Below, one piece after another: positions 14,290 through 28,770 of a DNA stretch of 64,000 nucleotides. The stretch is from NCBI GenBank assembly GCA_951406725.2, contig OX597824.1:49104001-49168000 (forward strand). Direction: 5' to 3'. Both the position numbers and the translations under genes were made by a program. This DNA comes from Octopus vulgaris. Its lineage: Eukaryota. The notes beneath the pieces were generated by a model, which had not been told where the DNA came from, did no database searches, and saw only the letters and a program-made list of their open reading frames with translations. The first letter of the stretch is position 1, and each line of letters begins with the position of its first letter.

Positions 14290-16450
14290 TCATATTGAGT
14301 TGTGGAAGATATTTATTGATGAAAGTTGCCTCTTTATTCATTCTTTGTTGTACTGCGGTGTTCTGTGAACATTGATAGAAGGGGAAAATTAGCAAATTAG
14401 GATTAAGATTCCTAGCATACCTTTCTATGTGTTCACTAACCTGTATCTGTCTGTATTGTGGATGGCAGATTTCTTCTCTGTGGAGAGTGGTTCTTCCACG
14501 GGGTGATATTCCTGTTTGGCCAATATAATTATGACCACACCCAAAGATTGTAATGGAATAAGATTTTCCAAGACACAGGTGAAATTTGATTTGATCTTAA
14601 ATATTTCAACTTGTTTAAAGTGGAATTCTGAACCCTCCAAAAGGTGGGGGCATGTACCACAGTTAGGTCGACCACATTTTTTCACTTTTGGTTCTTTTGT
14701 TAATGGATATAGTCTTGCGCTGGTTAATATTTTTTCAATGATTTGGATTGCATTTTGCTCTTGATAATTTTATGAGCCTAAAATTTTGTTCATTGTTTTA
14801 TCACCTGTGATGATGGGAACATCTTGGATGATAATGTTAAAGACTTTGTTGTTTCCAGGGTTATGTGTGGAGATGTATGGGAGTATTTTTAAGTCTGGTT
14901 TAGTATTTCAGTTCATATATCTATTTCCATAGCTCATTTAATGCCATCAATTATTAATGATATTGGGTAATGTCTTTTGATTAGTATTGATCTGAGTTCA
15001 AGAAGTCTTCGTTAATGAGTATGTGTCTGAAACTATGGTATAGATTCTTTTCGCTAGATTATAAGGTATATTAATTTTTATGTGTTTGAGGTGGCATGAG
15101 TTGAACAATAGGTATTGTTTAGAATCTGTGGGTTTATAGAAGATGTCTGTTTCGATGTGGTTATTGACTATTTAGATTAGGATATCAAGAAAAGGGAGTC
15201 GTTTACTGCTGTGATCCATGGTGAATTGTATGTTGCTATTAATATTGTTAAGCATTATTTTGAAATCGAGGAGTTTGTCCATGCTGTTTTTTTAAAGTAT
15301 AAAGCAATCGGCCAAATACATCTTCCAGTTCTCCTTTAAATAGCAATGAAATGAGGTGCTATATTTTTGTAGTGATGATTGATATATTTTTAGCTCTAGG
15401 TAACCCATTAGAAGGTTCGAAATCACTGGAGCAGATCGGGTTCCCATTCTAATTCCACATATTTGTCGATAGTAAACTGTATCGAACATGAAATAGTTGT
15501 CCAGTAGGATGAATTTGAGTGCTTCGATTTTGAATTTGTGATTAATGAGTGCTGGGATCTCTTCTGGGTATTTTTCTAGCTAGAAGGTGATCACTTCTAT
15601 ACCATAACCGTGTGGGATATTGGTGTACAAATTCACCACATTGAATGATTACTAACAGGGTTCCTTCACTTCGGGAGGTGGTTCAACATGTCTAAGTCAT
15701 CTCTGATGAAGCTTTTCACATATTTTAGAAACGGTTTGATTAAGATGTCGTAGAAGTTGCTCACATGGTGGGCTTCACAAGCAGGGCCAGCAATGATGGG
15801 TTTCAGTTTGAGGTCAGTAGGGGGAGGAACATTAATACACAGACTTGGAGAAACTTTGTAAGCTTTACAAATATGTAGATTTTTGTGTATTTTAGGTAAT
15901 TCGTAAAATAGACTAGGTCTGAATTTAAAATTGGATAAATAGTCTACTTCATGCTTAGTGAGGCCCTTTCCATGTATTTAGAGTAAGAAGGATAAGTTTT
16001 TAAGTGTCTTCTGTAGGTTGTATTGTACTATCTTCTCATAGCAAATATTATTTTCCAACATGGAGAATATTAAATTTTTGTAGTACTCTGTATCCATCAC
16101 CACTACCACACTTCCATTCACTTAAATAAAGGTTGATTTAATTCGTTGTTTTTGTAGGGTATTAAAAGGCAAACTGGTAATGTGTTCACAAAAAGCATCA
16201 AGTGCTTTATTTCAGCCTTTTGTAGGACGGTATTCAATTTTGTTTTCTACTAATGAGTCATCTTTGCTGGTGTGGTTGTGAAGTGCTTCTGTGAGACGTA
16301 ATTTTCAGCAGAAATCCAGTGATATCCTTAATTTCATTTGGGTTTGATATGCAAGGGGTTGGAGAAAACTTAAAACCTCTTGCTACAATTTTAGCTTGTG
16401 TGATACTTGGAATTTTCTTCGATAAGTTGATTATTTTCAGTTGGTCTTGC
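14290..16450 (-). mobile_element. Penelope-like retroelement (RT + GIY-YIG), degenerate
   Basis: IINLS...RGFKFSPTP, LPKIHK, NLYTNIPH, QICGIRMGT, LPFLDI and YKPTDSKQYL motifs, a CGRPNCGTC linker and YIGQT. Many stops and frameshifts. Confidence 0.9.
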
Positions 16451-16601
16451 ACATTTTGTACCATTTCACATCTCTGTTTTTCTATATTTATATATGTGTA
16501 TGTATGTATATGTGTGTATATATGACCATTCCTAAATACAACAATATCTGTTTCAACACACGACTTCACATAAAAAGTCTTGCACAACAAATATTTAAAC
16601 G

Positions 16602-16652
<51 letters not shown>

Positions 16653-16759
16653 GTGTGTGTATATATATATATGTATGTGCTTATATATAAGTGTGTGTGT
16701 ATATATATATATATATGTATATATATATGTGTATATATATATGTGTATATATATATGTA

Positions 16760-18998
16760 TCTCTTATTATAAAAGGCAGATTTTATCTGCCTCCCTTTGT
16801 CAGTTATAGAAATCTACAATATAGGATTTCTTCAATTACAATTTACTTAGCATTTTTAAGAGTAGAATGCATCGGGTTTTGCCAGGTCCACTTTTTAAAA
16901 TTTAAACTCCAATTAAGCAAAATTTACAGAAAACTCACATTCTGGTGTGTATGTCAAATGCTTTTCTTAATGTGGTTTACACCACACGCACACACACAGT
17001 GTGCAAAGAATAAAATGAAAGTAATTCACCTTTTGTAGTGAGTGACTCTTTCAGTCTGCCACTTCCTCTTTACACACATAGACACGCAAATATATAAATA
17101 AAATTGTAAGCTAACGTGCGTGTGTGTGAGTGTGTGCGTGCGTGTGCGTGTGTGTGTGTGTGTGCGTGCGTGTGCGTGAGTGTGTGACAGGAAAGTTTTT
17201 TAGGACGAATATAAGACCTATATCGGCGATGTTTCGCTTGTCGTAGCACAGGTTTCCGTCGATTTCCGTAAAAAACTTTTATTTTTTTACATAAGTAATG
17301 AGAGCGAAAGAGACTAAGAGAAAGCGATTGTATGACGAGGGAAGTTCTTTTGAAGTTACCGTGCATGGGACGCATTGATGTACATGTGTGTGTGTGTGTG
17401 TGTTTGATGGAGTGTGGGAGACAGACAGTATGTTGTGTAAGTGAAGTGCTTCTGTTAGTGTGTGTGAAGAGACAGAGAGAGTAATGTGTGAAAGAGAGAG
17501 ATAACTGAAATTTTTTACTCGGTTTATGTGTATATGTATGTATGCGTGTGTGTGTGTGTGTGTATGTATGTGTGTGTGTATGTATGTATGTATGTATGGC
17601 CGATTCAGTGTTTACATTTTTTACGGAAATCGACGGAAACGTGTGCTACGACAAGCGAAACATCGCCCCTATATCCAAGTAGCAGAAAGATCGCCCAAAA
17701 GTGTATATAGATATTTAAATGTATTTATATATTCATCTATACACAGATGTATGTATAATGTGTGTGTATATATTTCCATACACGTAACCATTCACTCCGC
17801 ACAAAGTTCTTTAGGACGAAAATAAGATCTAAAGTTATCTCTAAGTAGCACAGAGATCGCCCAAAAGTGTATATAGATATATAAATGTATTTATATATTC
17901 ATCTATGCACACATGTATGTATAACGTGTGTGTATATATTTCCATAGAGGTAACCATTCACTCCATACAAAGTTTTTTAGCACGAAAAATAAAATCTAAA
18001 GTTATCTCTAAGAAACAGAAAGATCGCCCAAAAGTGTATATAGATATTTAAATGTATTTATATATTCATCTATACACACATGTATGTATAATGTGCGTGT
18101 ATATATTTCCATAGAGGTAACCATTCAATCCATACAAAGTTTTTTAGGACGAAAATATTTATATATAAAAGAAAGGTTGTGTGTCTGTCTACTCCGATTT
18201 AGATTCCTAACTACTCCCACATTTTGCGATGCAGTTTAACCAAAACCGGGTATCTTATAGTCGTGATTCATATCGAGCCCTTCTGGGTATTAGCGCGCGT
18301 CTGCGATAAGTCTATGATTTTACAAATAATTTACCATTTTTTTCCATTTTAATGCATATTTTTTAAAATAAACGGAAGTAACTCTCAAACTTCACACCAA
18401 TATGCGTGCTCATATGCGACGTAATATCACATCAGCAGCATTTCCTCACACCCTCCTTGCACTTGGCGAAGGCAAAATACCAGGGGATGAAAATGGTAAT
18501 ATTGCCATCGATTCCATTTGTACCATTGTTAAGACGCCTTCTGATCTCAGAGATGCAGTGTTCCCAGATCTACAAGCTAATTATCAGAATATGGATTGGA
18601 TTGGCAAAAAGGCTATACTGGCCCCGAGGAATAAAACTGTTCACCATATTAATGATGAAATGCTAAAACTCATTCCTGGAGAAATCTATGTATATCAGTC
18701 TATCGATACAACTCCTGACCCAGAGGATGTCATCAACTATCCAATAGAGGTACTCAATTCCTTTGAGCACCCCGGACTACCACCACACTTTCTCAAACTT
18801 AAAGTTGGTGCCCCTATAATGCTCATCAGAAATTTGGTTCCCCAAAACAATGCAATGGCACACGTTTGATCGTTAAGTCCTTATCTCCCACCGTAAGCTT
18901 ATATCAATATTTGCCTGAATAATCATCATAATTCAGTGCAATCATTAACAGTACTTTCAAGCAATTCAGCCCCGAGCAACGCCGGGCAATTCTGCTAG
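16760..18998 (+). mobile_element. Composite Helitron with PIF1 helicase fragment
   Basis: 5' A|TCTCTTATTATAAAAG. Helicase fragment 18402-18895 (AILAPRN, EVLNSFEHPGLPPHFLKLKVGAPIMLIRNL). 3' hairpin CCCGAGCAACGCCGGG then CTAG|T. Confidence 0.8.
17681..18155 (+). repeat. Three tandem ~166-bp units inside the Helitron
   Basis: AGATCGCCCAAAAGTGTATATAGAT recurs at about 17688, 17854 and 18021. Confidence 0.9.
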
Positions 18999-19006
18999 TA
19001 TATATA

Positions 19007-19037
<31 letters not shown>

Positions 19038-19261
19038 GTGTATATATATATGTATATATATGTATATATATATGTGTATATATATGTATATATATATGTG
19101 TATATATGTATATATGTGTATATATATGTATATATATATATATGTGTATATATATGTATATATATATATGTGTATATATATATGTGTGTGTATATATATA
19201 TATATATTTATATATATGTGTGTATATATATATGTGTGTGTGTGTATATATATATATATAT

Positions 19262-20297
19262 TGTTACGGAGGTGAATAAACGAGAAAATGCTATGACCTA
19301 GTTCCGTTGGTTGGAGTCAGACCGGTGAGGAAAAAAATAATGGTCCTTTGTCTTGTCAACAGCAACAGTAAATATTGAGGGTAGGAAGTACCTCTGACCC
19401 TTACAAGGTCAGGGAAAGTTGAAAAAAAAATAAATATGCCACCCCTTTAAAATGCGACGAGCTGGTGTTAGATCAGACAGCAAAGGGCCGGAAAAGAGTC
19501 AGTTGGCGAGACAGCCAGCCAGAAGTGTGAGCAGAGCGGACAAGGGAGATGGTGGAGAGGGCGATAGGCAACGACAATGATGAGAGAGACAGACAGTGAA
19601 TGTGAGAAATGACAAGCGAGAGGAAGTAAGGAAGATGGCAGTAAGGGGGCAGAGAGAGACATTTTGAATTCGGACTGATATAGTAGGAGTTGCAAGTTAA
19701 GAGTTGCTGACGTGAAATTAAGGGAAAAAAAAATGTTCTGGTAAATGTTGTTTTTTCTGTATGTTTTGAACTTTGATGTTGCAATGTAAAAGAAGGGGAA
19801 ACTTTGATGTGTTAAATCTTTCAAGAAAGAAAGGAAACAGTCTGTGATGTAAACTGTGGAAAAGAAAGAATAGAAAAGAAAAAGAAACAGACTGTTAATT
19901 GATTTGTTTTGAAGGATCGAACTCTGTATTGTGTTGAACGTTAACTGATTGTTTTCAGACGTACTATGTTGAAATGTATTTGATTTGGTTATTCGAACTG
20001 TGTTATGTTTAAATGCATTGATTGTTTTTTCGAACTCTGTGTACGATCTGTCAAATTTTTGTTAACCTTTTGTTTTTCAATGTATTTGAAATGTATTAGA
20101 TTTAAATGATGTTGTGAAATTGTATAAATTGTTGTTAAATGTAAGCAATTGCCTTCCGCTGTCTATCTCCTTTCTTCTTGTTGTCTCCGGTCACTGGTTT
20201 CCATTCGTTGCCCACCCCCCGCTTTCAGTTTGACTGAGCGTAGTCATCGTCGCTCAACTTAGAGTCCTGAGTGGAGTTGAGCTACAGCACGTCATAA

Positions 20298-20299
<2 letters not shown>
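19262..20299. mobile_element. Probable solo LTR inserted in (TA)n
   Basis: A ~1-kb non-coding island bounded by TGTTACG and CATAAGA (degenerate TG...CA short inverted ends), flanked on both sides by TA microsatellite. Confidence 0.5.
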
Positions 20300-20352
<53 letters not shown>

Positions 20353-20582
20353 TACATACATATATATATACATATAAATATATATATATATACATACATA
20401 CATATATACATACATACATATATACATACATACATATATACATACATACATATATATATATACATATATATATATATACATACATACATATATACATACA
20501 TACATATATACATACATACATATATACATACATACATATATACATACATATATATATATACATACACATATATATATACACA

Positions 20583-20614
<32 letters not shown>

Positions 20615-20738
20615 CATATATATACATACATACATATATATACATATATATATACATATATATACATATATATATACATACACATATATATATACATACA
20701 TATATATATACATATATATATACATACATATATATACA

Positions 20739-20776
<38 letters not shown>

Positions 20777-20838
20777 CATATATATATACATACATATATA
20801 TACATATATATATACATACATAGATATATATATATACA

Positions 20839-20876
<38 letters not shown>

Positions 20877-20902
20877 CATATATACATACATATATATATA
20901 CA

Positions 20903-20940
<38 letters not shown>

Positions 20941-21019
20941 CACATACATATATACACATACATATATACATACATATATATACATACATACATATATATA
21001 CATACATACATATATATAC

Positions 21020-21053
<34 letters not shown>

Positions 21054-21139
21054 ACATACATATATATATAAATATACATACATATATATATACATACATA
21101 TATATATATACATACCTATTTGATTGATTGATTGATTGA

Positions 21140-23552
21140 TTGATTCTAGTTTCAGCTTATGAGCTGTGGCCATGCTGGGGCACCGCCATTTGGTGTTGCT
21201 ACTTGGTTTCACTTCATGGAGGCTTTCTAGCAACTGCTATTTGGTGCATGAGAGAGTTCGATGCAGCTGCCCTCATCTGCCCCTCCTGCCGTGAAGTTGG
21301 TTCATCTGGGACACCTGACAGGAAGAGATCCAGCTTCATTTTAAAGACATCTGTATCCACCCCATGCAGGTCTCTCAGGTTCTTCGGGAGGATATTGAAG
21401 AGCTGTGGGCCACGGAAGCCCAGGCTATCACAGAATCTTGTCCTACATCTTGATGGCAGGTTTGGAGTCCTAGGCACCACGCAGTGGCACCCAGTTCTGG
21501 CATTTGCGTAACTCTCGATGCCAAAGTTCAGGACACTTCCCTCCAGAATCTTCCAGATGTATATTATGGCATATCTTTCCCGCCTACGCTCCAGGGAATA
21601 TAATTTTAATCTCTTGAGTCTTTCCCAGTAGCTTACATTCTGCATAGAGGCTATCTTCTTTGTGTAGCTTCGTTGGATCGCCTCAAGTTCTGTGATCAAC
21701 TTGACACTGGATGGTGACCATAGCTGAGAGCAATAGTCAAAGTGGCTTAGGACAAGTGTCTTCCAGAGGACCATCATGGTCTCTTGTTCTCTTGTTCTAA
21801 AGGTTCTAAGAATCCATCCAGCCAGCCGTCTACATTTCATTGTCAGTTTAGCAACATGTACATGAAAGGTCGCGTCATCACTCATGTCAATACCCAGGTC
21901 ACGCACTGATTGTGCCTCTGGGATTGCAATCCCTCCGGGTCCAGTGTATTCATTGGGTATTGCATTCAGTTTTGCATGCTGATAGTATAAAGCTTGAAAC
22001 TTTCCAGCATTGAACTGCATGCTATTCTTTTCAGCCCACTTGTATATTTCGTCCAGCTCACATTGCAGGTGTTTAGTGTCCTCAGGGTTCTGTATTGCCT
22101 GTGAGACTTTTGTATCATCTGCATAACTTGTGATCGTGGCTCTCTGCGTGGCTGAGGGCATGTCTGAGAGGGCTATTATGAACAGTAGTGGTCCCAGAAC
22201 AGTGCCCTGCGGAACACCGCTCACTATTTGTGTGTTAATGGAGGTGGCCCCATTGGCTACTACCACCTGACTTCTATCCTTCAGAAAGTCATGAAGCCAT
22301 TCTCCCAGTTTTCCAACTATGTTGAGATCACGCATTTTGTGACATATCATTCCATGATCGACTTTATCAAAGGCCTTTGCAAAGTCGAGATATATCACTT
22401 CCACATTTGAGTGGTTGAGCAGCCGTTTCAGCACCCAGTCATAGTGTTGTAGGAGCTGAGTTAAACAGCTTCTCCCTGGTCGGAAACCATGTTGGGTGTC
22501 GGGCAGCAAGTCATTCTCTTAAAGGAAGGTGATCAGCTTCCTTCTGACTATTCGTTCCATGACCTTGCTGATGTGTGAGGTCAGAGAGATAGGTCTATAG
22601 TTCTTGGCTTCCGCTCTGCTACCTCCTTTATGAATGGGGCATATTTTATCTTCCTTCAGTTTTCCTGGAAGTTTGCCAGCTGCAAGGAAGCTCTGAAAGA
22701 GGAACTGCAGTGGTCTTGCTAGGACTCTCTTACATGCTTTTAGGAGGATTGCCGGGAATCCATCGGGGCCAGTAGCTGAGTCTGTTTTCATTTCATCTAT
22801 AGCCTTGGTTACATCGTCTTCCTTTATATCGATGTAATCTATCGTCGTCGCCTCTGATTTTATATCTGCAGTGGTAAAAAAGTCAGTTGGATTGGTGATT
22901 TGGAGATGCCCAAGGGGTGGAGTGAAAACACTCTTGAATTGCTCATTCAGTATTTCACTTACCCTCATTGGTTTTCCTGTAAGTGTGCCATCCTTTTCAA
23001 GGAGCGGCCCTATTCTACAGTGCACTGTAGCTGTTTCTTTGGCATACCTGTAGAAAGCTCTGGGGTTAGATTTTATGTTTTCTATAGCCCAGGCTTCTTT
23101 GTCTGCTCTTTCTTTTTCATGGGAGAGTTGCAGACATTTTTCGATTTCCAACAGTTTTATTTTTAGGCGGGACTTTTCACTGCTTTCAATCTGTTTGTTT
23201 AGGCGATTTGAAAATTTCGTACGCCGTCTCATTAAAATTTTCCTCTCTCTGGGGATTTTGTTCTTGTGTACAGTGGCCTTTCTCTCTGGGACACATTTGT
23301 AGCATATGGCTTGCATTACAGACATGAATTGTTGAAGTTTCACGTCGATGTCTGGCGAGGAGAGACATTCAGGCCAGTTTTGTTTGAGGATCTCTTTCTC
23401 AATTTGTTTCCAGTTTGCCTTATGGTAGTTAAAGCTGGAAAGATTTTGAGGGTTTCTTGTAGGCTGCATGTCCGTGCTCTCTTTTGGCCCGTACATGGTC
23501 AGCTCTATCATGTTGTGATCCGAGAGTAGTGTCGGTGTCACTTTCACATTAG
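21140..23552 (-). mobile_element. CR1-type LINE, 5'-truncated, near-intact ORF2 (end of APE endonuclease + RT) with 3' UTR and (AATC)n tail
   Basis: [48 protein letters not shown] and YADDTK motifs. ORFs 21214-22509 and 22519-23552 are in the same frame, separated only by one TAA at 22519-22521. Confidence 0.95.
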
Positions 23553-25728
<2,176 letters not shown>

Positions 25729-25734
25729 TAAACA

Positions 25735-25992
25735 GTAAAAAGTAAATACAGACATGGACAAGAACATGAAACACCAAAGAGACGACACAAGAACCACAGG
25801 ACGGGACATTCGAAGCCCTCAGTCATCAGTCAAGAACCAGATCATCTTCGCAATTTCGGCTGATTAATCTTGAGATTGCTCCGATCTGGGCAGCCCCCAA
25901 AGGAAAATCTAAGCCAAGCGCATTAGATCCCTTGGAAGAAAGCTTCGAATGTATACAACACGAGGACGGAAAAACGAACGGAGTACACGAAC
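25735..25992 (-). repeat. Interspersed structured repeat (second copy about 41230-41550)
   Basis: Clear homology between the two loci (GCAATTTCGGCTG, GCTCCGA, AAGGAAAA.CTAAGCC, CATTAGAT, CGAATGTATAC). Confidence 0.8.
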
Positions 25993-26212
25993 ATATATAC
26001 ATACATACATATATATATACATATATACATACATATATACATACATACATATATATATACATACATACATATATATATACATATATATATACATATATAC
26101 ATACATACATACATATATACATACATATATACATACATATATACATACATATATACATATATACATACATATATACATACATACATATATACATACATAT
26201 ATACATACATAT

Positions 26213-26275
<63 letters not shown>

Positions 26276-26280
26276 CATAC

Positions 26281-26324
<44 letters not shown>

Positions 26325-26344
26325 TTATATACATATTTGATTTT

Positions 26345-27153
26345 GATTTTCCAGTTTCAGCTAATGAGCTGTGGCCATGCTGGGGCACCGCCATTTGGTT
26401 TGCTACACGGTTTTACCTCACGGATGCTTTTTAGCAAACGCCATCTGATGCATGAGAGAGTTCGATGCAGCTGCCCTCATCTGCGCCTCCTGCCGTGAGG
26501 TTGGTTCATCCGGGACACCTGACAGGAAGAGATCCAGTCCTACTTTAAAGACATCCGCATCCACACCATGCAGGTCCCTCAGGTTCTTCGGGAGGATATT
26601 GAAGAGCTGTGGGCCTCTGAAGCCCAGGCTATCACAATATCTTGTCCTACATCTTGATGGCAAATTTGGAGTCCTTGGTACTACGCAGTGGCGTCCGGTT
26701 CTGGCATTTGTGTGACTCTCGATGCCAAAGTCTGAGACAAGACCTTCCAGGATCTTCCAGATATATATTATGGCATATCTTTCTCGCCTACGCTCCAGGG
26801 AATAGAGCTTTAATCTCTTGAGTCTCTCCCAGTAGCTCATATGCTGCACAGAGGCTATCTTCTTTGTGTAGCTTCGTTGGATCGCCTCAAGTTCTGTGAT
26901 CAACTTGACACTGGATGGTGACCATAGCTGAGAGCAATAGTCAAAGTGGCTTAGGACAAGTGTCTTCCAGAGGACCATCATGGTTTCTTGTTCTCTTGAT
27001 CTAAAGGTTCTAAGAATCCATCCAGCCAGCCGTCTACATTTCATTGTCAGTTTAGCAACATGTACATGAAAGGTCGCGTCATCACTCATGTGAATACCCA
27101 GGTCACGCACTGATTGTGCCTCTGGGATTGCAATCCCTCCGGGTCCAGTGTAT
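26345..27153 (-). mobile_element. CR1-type LINE 3' fragment, same family as 21140-23552
   Basis: The 230-aa ORF is nearly identical to the C-terminus of the 431-aa ORF, with the same 3' UTR. Confidence 0.93.
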
Positions 27154-27612
27154 TTATATACATATATGTATTTATATACATGTATATATTTTATATATAT
27201 ATATATTTATATACATATATATAAATATATATATATATGTATACATATATATATGTATATAAATATATATATATATGAATATATATATATAAATACATAT
27301 ATATATATATACATATATTTATATATATATATATATACATATATTTATATATATATATATGTATACATATATATATGTATATAAATATATATATATATAT
27401 GAATATATATATATAAATACATATATATATATATACATATATTTATATATATATATATATACATATATTTATATACATATATTTTATATATATATATATA
27501 TATGTATATATTTATAAACATATATATATATTTATATACATATATTTATATATATTTATATATATAGATATATTTATATACATATATATATTTATATACA
27601 TATATATATATT

Positions 27613-27659
<47 letters not shown>

Positions 27660-27768
27660 GAATAATTTAATTTTAATAATATATTATTATATATTTTATA
27701 TTAATATATTTATATCTTATATATGTATTTTTATGTTTATATATAATCGTAATTTAATTCTTAATTTA

Positions 27769-27868
27769 NNNNNNNNNNNNNNNNNNNNNNNNNNNNNNNN
27801 NNNNNNNNNNNNNNNNNNNNNNNNNNNNNNNNNNNNNNNNNNNNNNNNNNNNNNNNNNNNNNNNNNNN
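27769..27868. other. Assembly gap (100 N)
   Basis: A run of exactly 100 n, a typical placeholder of unknown size. Confidence 1.
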
Positions 27869-28459
27869 TTGCACCCCGAAGGTGCCACGAAATGGGTTTT
27901 ATATAAATCTTATATAAAAAAAAAAGCCAGGTGGTGTTATTAAGTTAGACATGGCCTGGGCCAATACTGGCCAAAACCTTTCTAAGTTATTCTAAGTTAT
28001 ATCCTGTAGATTGAGTGTATGTAAAGATTTGTTGGAAAAAATTTTCGATGGATGAGGGAGAGAAGTTTCGGAAAATTCACAGGACCCGACATTTTCCCCC
28101 TCATATCTTTCTTGAAAATAGGTATTTTTTAATGAAATTTTATACATTACAAAGAAATTTGTAGGCAAAATTTTTGGAAGGAGGTGAGTTTCGGATCAGA
28201 CGGCCTGCATAAGTTGGAATTTCTCCGTTTAGCCTCATTTAAATTCTTAACTAATTCCCCTTCTATTCTAGATTTATATAAACTTAGCTGATTTGCTAAA
28301 TCTAATAGACTCTAAACGAATGGCTCTCTTGAGGGCGTGCCACCATCTATTATTAATGATGGCAACATTATTAAGTTGACAACATACCATCCCTTTATCT
28401 TGCTGCTACTGTATAGATTTAGAAATGTAATATTTCTCTCTTTCTCTCTCCCTCTCTCC

Positions 28460-28537
<78 letters not shown>

Positions 28538-28555
28538 AAAAGAGTTTGTGTTTGT

Positions 28556-28620
<65 letters not shown>

Positions 28621-28736
28621 ATTAATCAGTTTTATTTCAAGATTTCTTACGGAGAAAGAGCCGGTTTCTAACCTCGATCCATGGCTCCTTCATTGGAATT
28701 TCAACATCCACAAGGTGCTTTTTGTATGTATGTATG

Positions 28737-28770
<34 letters not shown>

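Noticed and set aside
14425-14685. Possible selenocysteine-recoding (Naiad-type) Penelope element
   Set aside because: The linker cysteines (CGRPNCGTC) are ordinary Cys codons, the stops look like random decay, and no SECIS was recognisable.
17681-18155. Regularly spaced repeats resembling a CRISPR array
   Set aside because: Whole ~166-bp units are repeated with no unique spacers, in a eukaryotic context with no cas genes.
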